Part shown: positions 29,414 to 32,000 of the stretch, piece by piece
Position numbering within the stretch: the first letter of the stretch is position 1
How the letters are laid out: each line of letters starts with the position of its first letter
Source: Candidatus Saccharimonadota bacterium
GTDB lineage: Bacteria; Patescibacteriota; Gracilibacteria; BD1-5; UBA6164
NCBI GenBank assembly: GCA_965229705.1
Contig: OZ245922.1
Coordinates: forward strand, 510,001-542,000
Length of the DNA stretch: 32,000 bases
Direction of reading: 5' to 3'
Position numbers and translations under genes: made by a program
The notes under the pieces: generated by a model
Databases searched by the model: none
Told to the model about the DNA's origin: nothing
The model's input: only the letters and a program-made list of their open reading frames with translations

Positions 29414-30922
29414 TTATGCGCCCGTAGCTCAACTGGATAGAGTAGTGGTCTTCGAAGCCATTGGTTGGGGGTTCGAATCCCTCCGGGCGTACCATTTAAG
29501 ATTATTGAAAGACTTTATAGTCTCAAAGAGTTTGTTTTCCTTTATAACAAGCTCTTTTTTGTTGCTTATAATAAGTTCGCACTGTAAAGCTCGTATTATT
29601 TTTCACTTTTTCGCACTATCTCAATTTTTATAGCTCTCTTGCAAGTTTGTTACGATTTCGCACATATCTTCAATGAGTTCTATAATATTATCCTCTCACT
29701 GCTCAATAGCCTTTCTTTGTTCTTCTAAATCTCTTTTTATCTCCTCAAACTCTTTCTTCTTCCTTTCATAAGTATCTTTATCTATAGAATCTTCCAGAAA
29801 CTTATCTACAAGACTTTCACTTTTTTGATGATTCTCTTGAGCCTTGAGTGTATTTTGGCGAAGTTTTTGCGTCTTTGATTGTACTTTATCTTTATAAATA
29901 TCCTTAAGCGTAGCTTTTGTCAGTCTTATGAAGGGTTCTGAAAAGCTATAATCTCAAAGCATTTCTCAAACTATATCAAATAGTTTATTCTCACTGATGT
30001 TGATTTTATGCTTTGATTGAGGTGTTGTATGATAATATACATACTTTTTCTTTTGAATATATCCTGAGAGCTTTACTCCGTCTTCATCATAAAGTATGTT
30101 ATCAAAATACTTAGGAATTACGCTTTTTGAATAACTTATTGCCTTTATACCATTTACTTTCTCAAAAAGCTCTTTCGATATAATAGGTTCATATCATGGA
30201 GTATTTATAAGAGCCTCTTGTCATCAAAACTTTTGAAGTCCATAATACTTCACATTCCTTAACATATTTGAAACTTTCTGACTGTCCCATTTTGTACCAC
30301 TTTCAGAAGCCAAAAACTCGGCAATAGGTTTAAGAGCTATCTTTTGACTCCTCATTATAAAAGCCCTTCTTACCAAATCAGCCTCTTTTTCTATTACTTC
30401 TATTCCTTTACTCCCCTTTTTAATAGTTATATTCTTATATCCAAAAGGAAACTTAGAAAGTACTTTTCAAGATAAAAGAGCTGTCTCCATATTCTTTTTT
30501 ACCTTTTTACTCCGAAGAGAGTTATCAAGCTTCGCCATTCATAACTGTTGCCATAACATATTGATGGCAAAATCATCTTCTGAGCCTATAAGTCTTCCAT
30601 TTACATATAGTCCTTTTATACTTCAAGAACGAAGCATAGTAGTAAAATTTGCTGTATCTATATCATCTCTTGAGAGTCTGTCTGCTTCGTCAATGATTAT
30701 GTAGTCTACTTTTCAACTTTTTCAAGCTTCTAGTAATCTCTCAAAGCCCTTCCTTGTACCTGATTCTTTCGCGCTCACGCTTTCAACTATTTCATCTAAA
30801 ACAATAAGTTCAAGACTTGAGGCAAGGTCTCTACACTTTTTTAACTGCGTAACATGAGTATTTTGCTGTCTTCACTCTCTATCAGTCGATTTCCTACAGT
30901 ATATTATTGCTGTTTGTTTCAT
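29414..30922 (-). CDS. large serine recombinase, paralogue of 9459-10943; ORF reads antisense across the whole tRNA-Arg
   Basis: MKQTAIIYCRKSTDREGRQQNTHVTQLKKC...VDYIIIDEADRLSRD...YYGLQKFGGQEALINTPGYEPIISKELFEKV..., then a coiled coil. The first in-frame TAA is at 29414-29416; checked codon by codon from 29650 down. Confidence 0.8.
29418..29494 (+). tRNA. tRNA-Arg (anticodon UCG), CCA encoded
   Basis: Acceptor GCGCCCG/CGGGCGU, D-arm GCTC-AACTGGATA-GAGT, anticodon arm GTGGT-CTTCGAA-GCCAT, T-arm GGGGG-TTCGAAT-CCCTC, ACCA. A TTTACT-17nt-TATAAT promoter-like pair lies just upstream. Confidence 0.85.
29525..29560 (+). terminator. intrinsic terminator after tRNA-Arg
   Basis: AAAGAGTTTGTT-loop-AACAAGCTCTTT plus TTTTT. 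Nearly the same sequence as the terminator after tRNA-Glu. Confidence 0.5.
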
Positions 30923-31131
30923 GCTTCGTTTTGCTCAATTTTAAAAAGTTGATTTGGAGAACATTTAAATGCTCAGAGGAGTCTTCATATTGTCTCAAAC
31001 TCTATTTTTACCGTCTTTCATTTTCTCATATTCCATAATGCTTGATAACTAATTCATGTTTCTGATTCAAGCCATCTAAGATTTCTATTTTTCTTATCAA
31101 GAAGTGATTGTATATTCAGAAAAACTTTCAT
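30904..31131 (-). CDS. XRE/Cro-type HTH regulator, paralogue of 17204-17407
   Basis: MKVFLNIQSLLDKKNRNLRWLESETGISYQALWNMRKGKTVKIEFETIGRLLGAFKCSPNQLFKIEQNEAGNKQQ (75 aa). Its 3' end overlaps the recombinase ATG by 19 nt. Confidence 0.7.
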
Positions 31132-31182
31132 AAATAATATGCATAAATATATGTACTATATTATATCTATAGATGATATATT

Positions 31183-31217
31183 ACAAAATAAAAACCCTCA
31201 TGAAAAATGAAGGTTTT
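31183..31217 (-). terminator. intrinsic terminator of the lipoprotein gene
   Basis: Minus strand: AAAACCTTCA-TTTTTCA-TGAGGGTTTT followed by TATTTTG. Lies 22 nt past the TAG at 31239-31241. Confidence 0.5.
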
Positions 31218-31238
31218 ACTCTAAATTGGAGTACTTTT

Positions 31239-31604
31239 CTATCTATGCTCGTCAGCTCCATGCATCTCTACATCTTCTCCATCATGAAATTCTTTCATAT
31301 GTTTTTCATCTTCTGTCATTTCATCATGGTTCATCATTTCCTTATCATCTTCTATCATATGAGAGTCGTCTGACATATCCATTTTTGAATGGTCCATACT
31401 ATCTGAACCATGACCCATCTTTAAATGGTCTTCAATAGTCATGTTCATTCGAGCAGCAGCGTCTTTTTGCTCTTTATATTCTTCAAGCGAAAGACCGTAT
31501 TTTTCTGCTTGCTGTGACTCTGTAAGAGGTGCTTCTGTTTTTCCACAAGATACAAGACCAAGTGAAAGAATAGCAATAAGACCGATAATAATAATTTTTT
31601 TCAT
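31239..31604 (-). CDS. Met/His/Asp-rich lipoprotein (candidate periplasmic metal-binding protein)
   Basis: MKKIIIIGLIAILSLGLVSCGK (lipobox LVSC). The tail is HLKMGHGSDSMDHSKMDMSDDSHMIEDDKEMMNHDEMTEDEKHMKEFHDGEDVEMHGADEHR. The N-terminal extension of supplied ORF 31239-31766 is not credible. Confidence 0.65.
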   Translation of the reverse strand: MKKIIIIGLIAILSLGLVSCGKTEAPLTESQQAEKYGLSLEEYKEQKDAAARMNMTIEDHLKMGHGSDSMDHSKMDMSDDSHMIEDDKEMMNHDEMTEDEKHMKEFHDGEDVEMHGADEHR

Positions 31605-31698
31605 AGTAATATGATAATAAAATAAAAAATATAATAGTTTCTTGATATTCACTTTATGGAGGAATGCAAGAATAATTTTTGTCATACATAGGAAAATT

Positions 31699-32000
31699 TT
31701 AAGAATTAGTACATCTTTCACGAAGATAAGAAAACAATATCGGAAGTATAAAAAGTGTGAGAACAATAGAGCTAATAAGTCATCCTACTACCACTATTGC
31801 AAGTGGTTTTTGAAGTTCTGCTCAAGCCCCAGTTGCCCATATCATAGGAAGTAGTCCTATAATAGAGGTAAAAGCTGTCATAAGTATAGGTCGGAGACGA
31901 AGCATTGCTCCACTTACTACTGCATCGTGAATATCGTTTTTTGAGATTTTTACTTCTGATAGTTCTGCATTATCAAGAGTCTTTTCATCCATAAGTGGAA
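31699..32000 (-). CDS. RND heavy-metal efflux pump, CusA/CzcA family, C-terminal fragment (5' end beyond window)
   Basis: ...[64 protein letters not shown], TAA at 31699-31701. Confidence 0.8.

Larger units (their letters stand above)
29484..31182. mobile_element. possible minimal or decayed integrative module (XRE + serine recombinase) at tRNA-Arg; right boundary not defined
   Basis: Same tRNA / terminator / recombinase-tail geometry as the tRNA-Glu element, but I found no convincing right-hand repeat. Confidence 0.3.

Noticed and set aside
31150-31245. Candidate right-hand att repeat for the tRNA-Arg module (ATATGTACTATATTA near 31159-31173, or TTGGAGTAC near 31226-31234, versus the tRNA end GGCGTACCATTTAAG).
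   Set aside because: The matches are about 10 of 15 or shorter in AT-rich sequence, which is not above chance. The right boundary is left undefined.
31605-31766. N-terminal 54-aa extension of supplied ORF 31239-31766.
   Set aside because: The extension crosses the CusA-like stop and the intergenic region. The internal MKKIIIIGLIAILSLGLVSCGK signal peptide and lipobox at ATG 31604 is the credible start.
1-32000. Pervasive fragmentation of conserved genes in the supplied ORF track, which could be read as mass pseudogenisation or poor assembly.
   Set aside because: All interruptions are TGA. They align to conserved glycines, and reading TGA as Gly restores full-length FtsZ, FtsA, NusA, RecJ, Mod, Res and others, each ending at TAA or TAG.
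1-32000. Alternative explanation: code 4 (TGA = Trp, Mycoplasma/Spiroplasma-like).
   Set aside because: TGA sits where homologues have Gly (GVGGGG, GSGKT, GLGAG, lipobox Gly). TGG is used at Trp positions such as DEAW, which fits table 25 and not table 4.

Overview
AT-rich bacterial chromosome segment that only makes sense under translation table 25, where TGA codes for Gly and only TAA/TAG are stops. The supplied standard-code ORF track is therefore badly fragmented, so I re-translated both strands by hand. TGA falls on invariant glycines of FtsZ (GVGGGG), FtsA, NusA, RecJ and the Res Walker A box. By inference this points to a Gracilibacteria/Absconditabacteria (SR1)-type CPR genome. Core genes, in order: a possible mltG fragment, ruvX, rplI, nusA, ftsZ and ftsA, a HAMP/PP2C phosphatase, a lone VirB4-like ATPase, rplK and tRNA-Glu(CUC). 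After the inserted element come a small-hydrolase cluster (nudix, 2H phosphoesterase, isochorismatase, HIT) and two acidic coiled-coil unknowns. These are followed by a tight recJ-DUF2130-MGMT-VOC-ygjP operon, tRNA-Arg(UCG), a Met/His-rich lipoprotein and the 3' end of a CusA/CzcA-type RND pump. Accessory content has three parts. (i) An ~8.9 kb, visibly more AT-rich integrative element sits at the 3' end of tRNA-Glu, bounded by a 24-nt imperfect direct repeat. It carries a large serine recombinase, an XRE-led Type III R-M operon with three unexplained extra genes, and a Zn-ribbon protein. (ii) A paralogous minimal XRE + serine-recombinase module abuts tRNA-Arg. In both modules the recombinase ORF runs antisense through the tRNA terminator into the tRNA. 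(iii) A ~125-bp MITE-like structured repeat is present in three copies. All coordinates and starts come from hand translation and need software confirmation with table 25.
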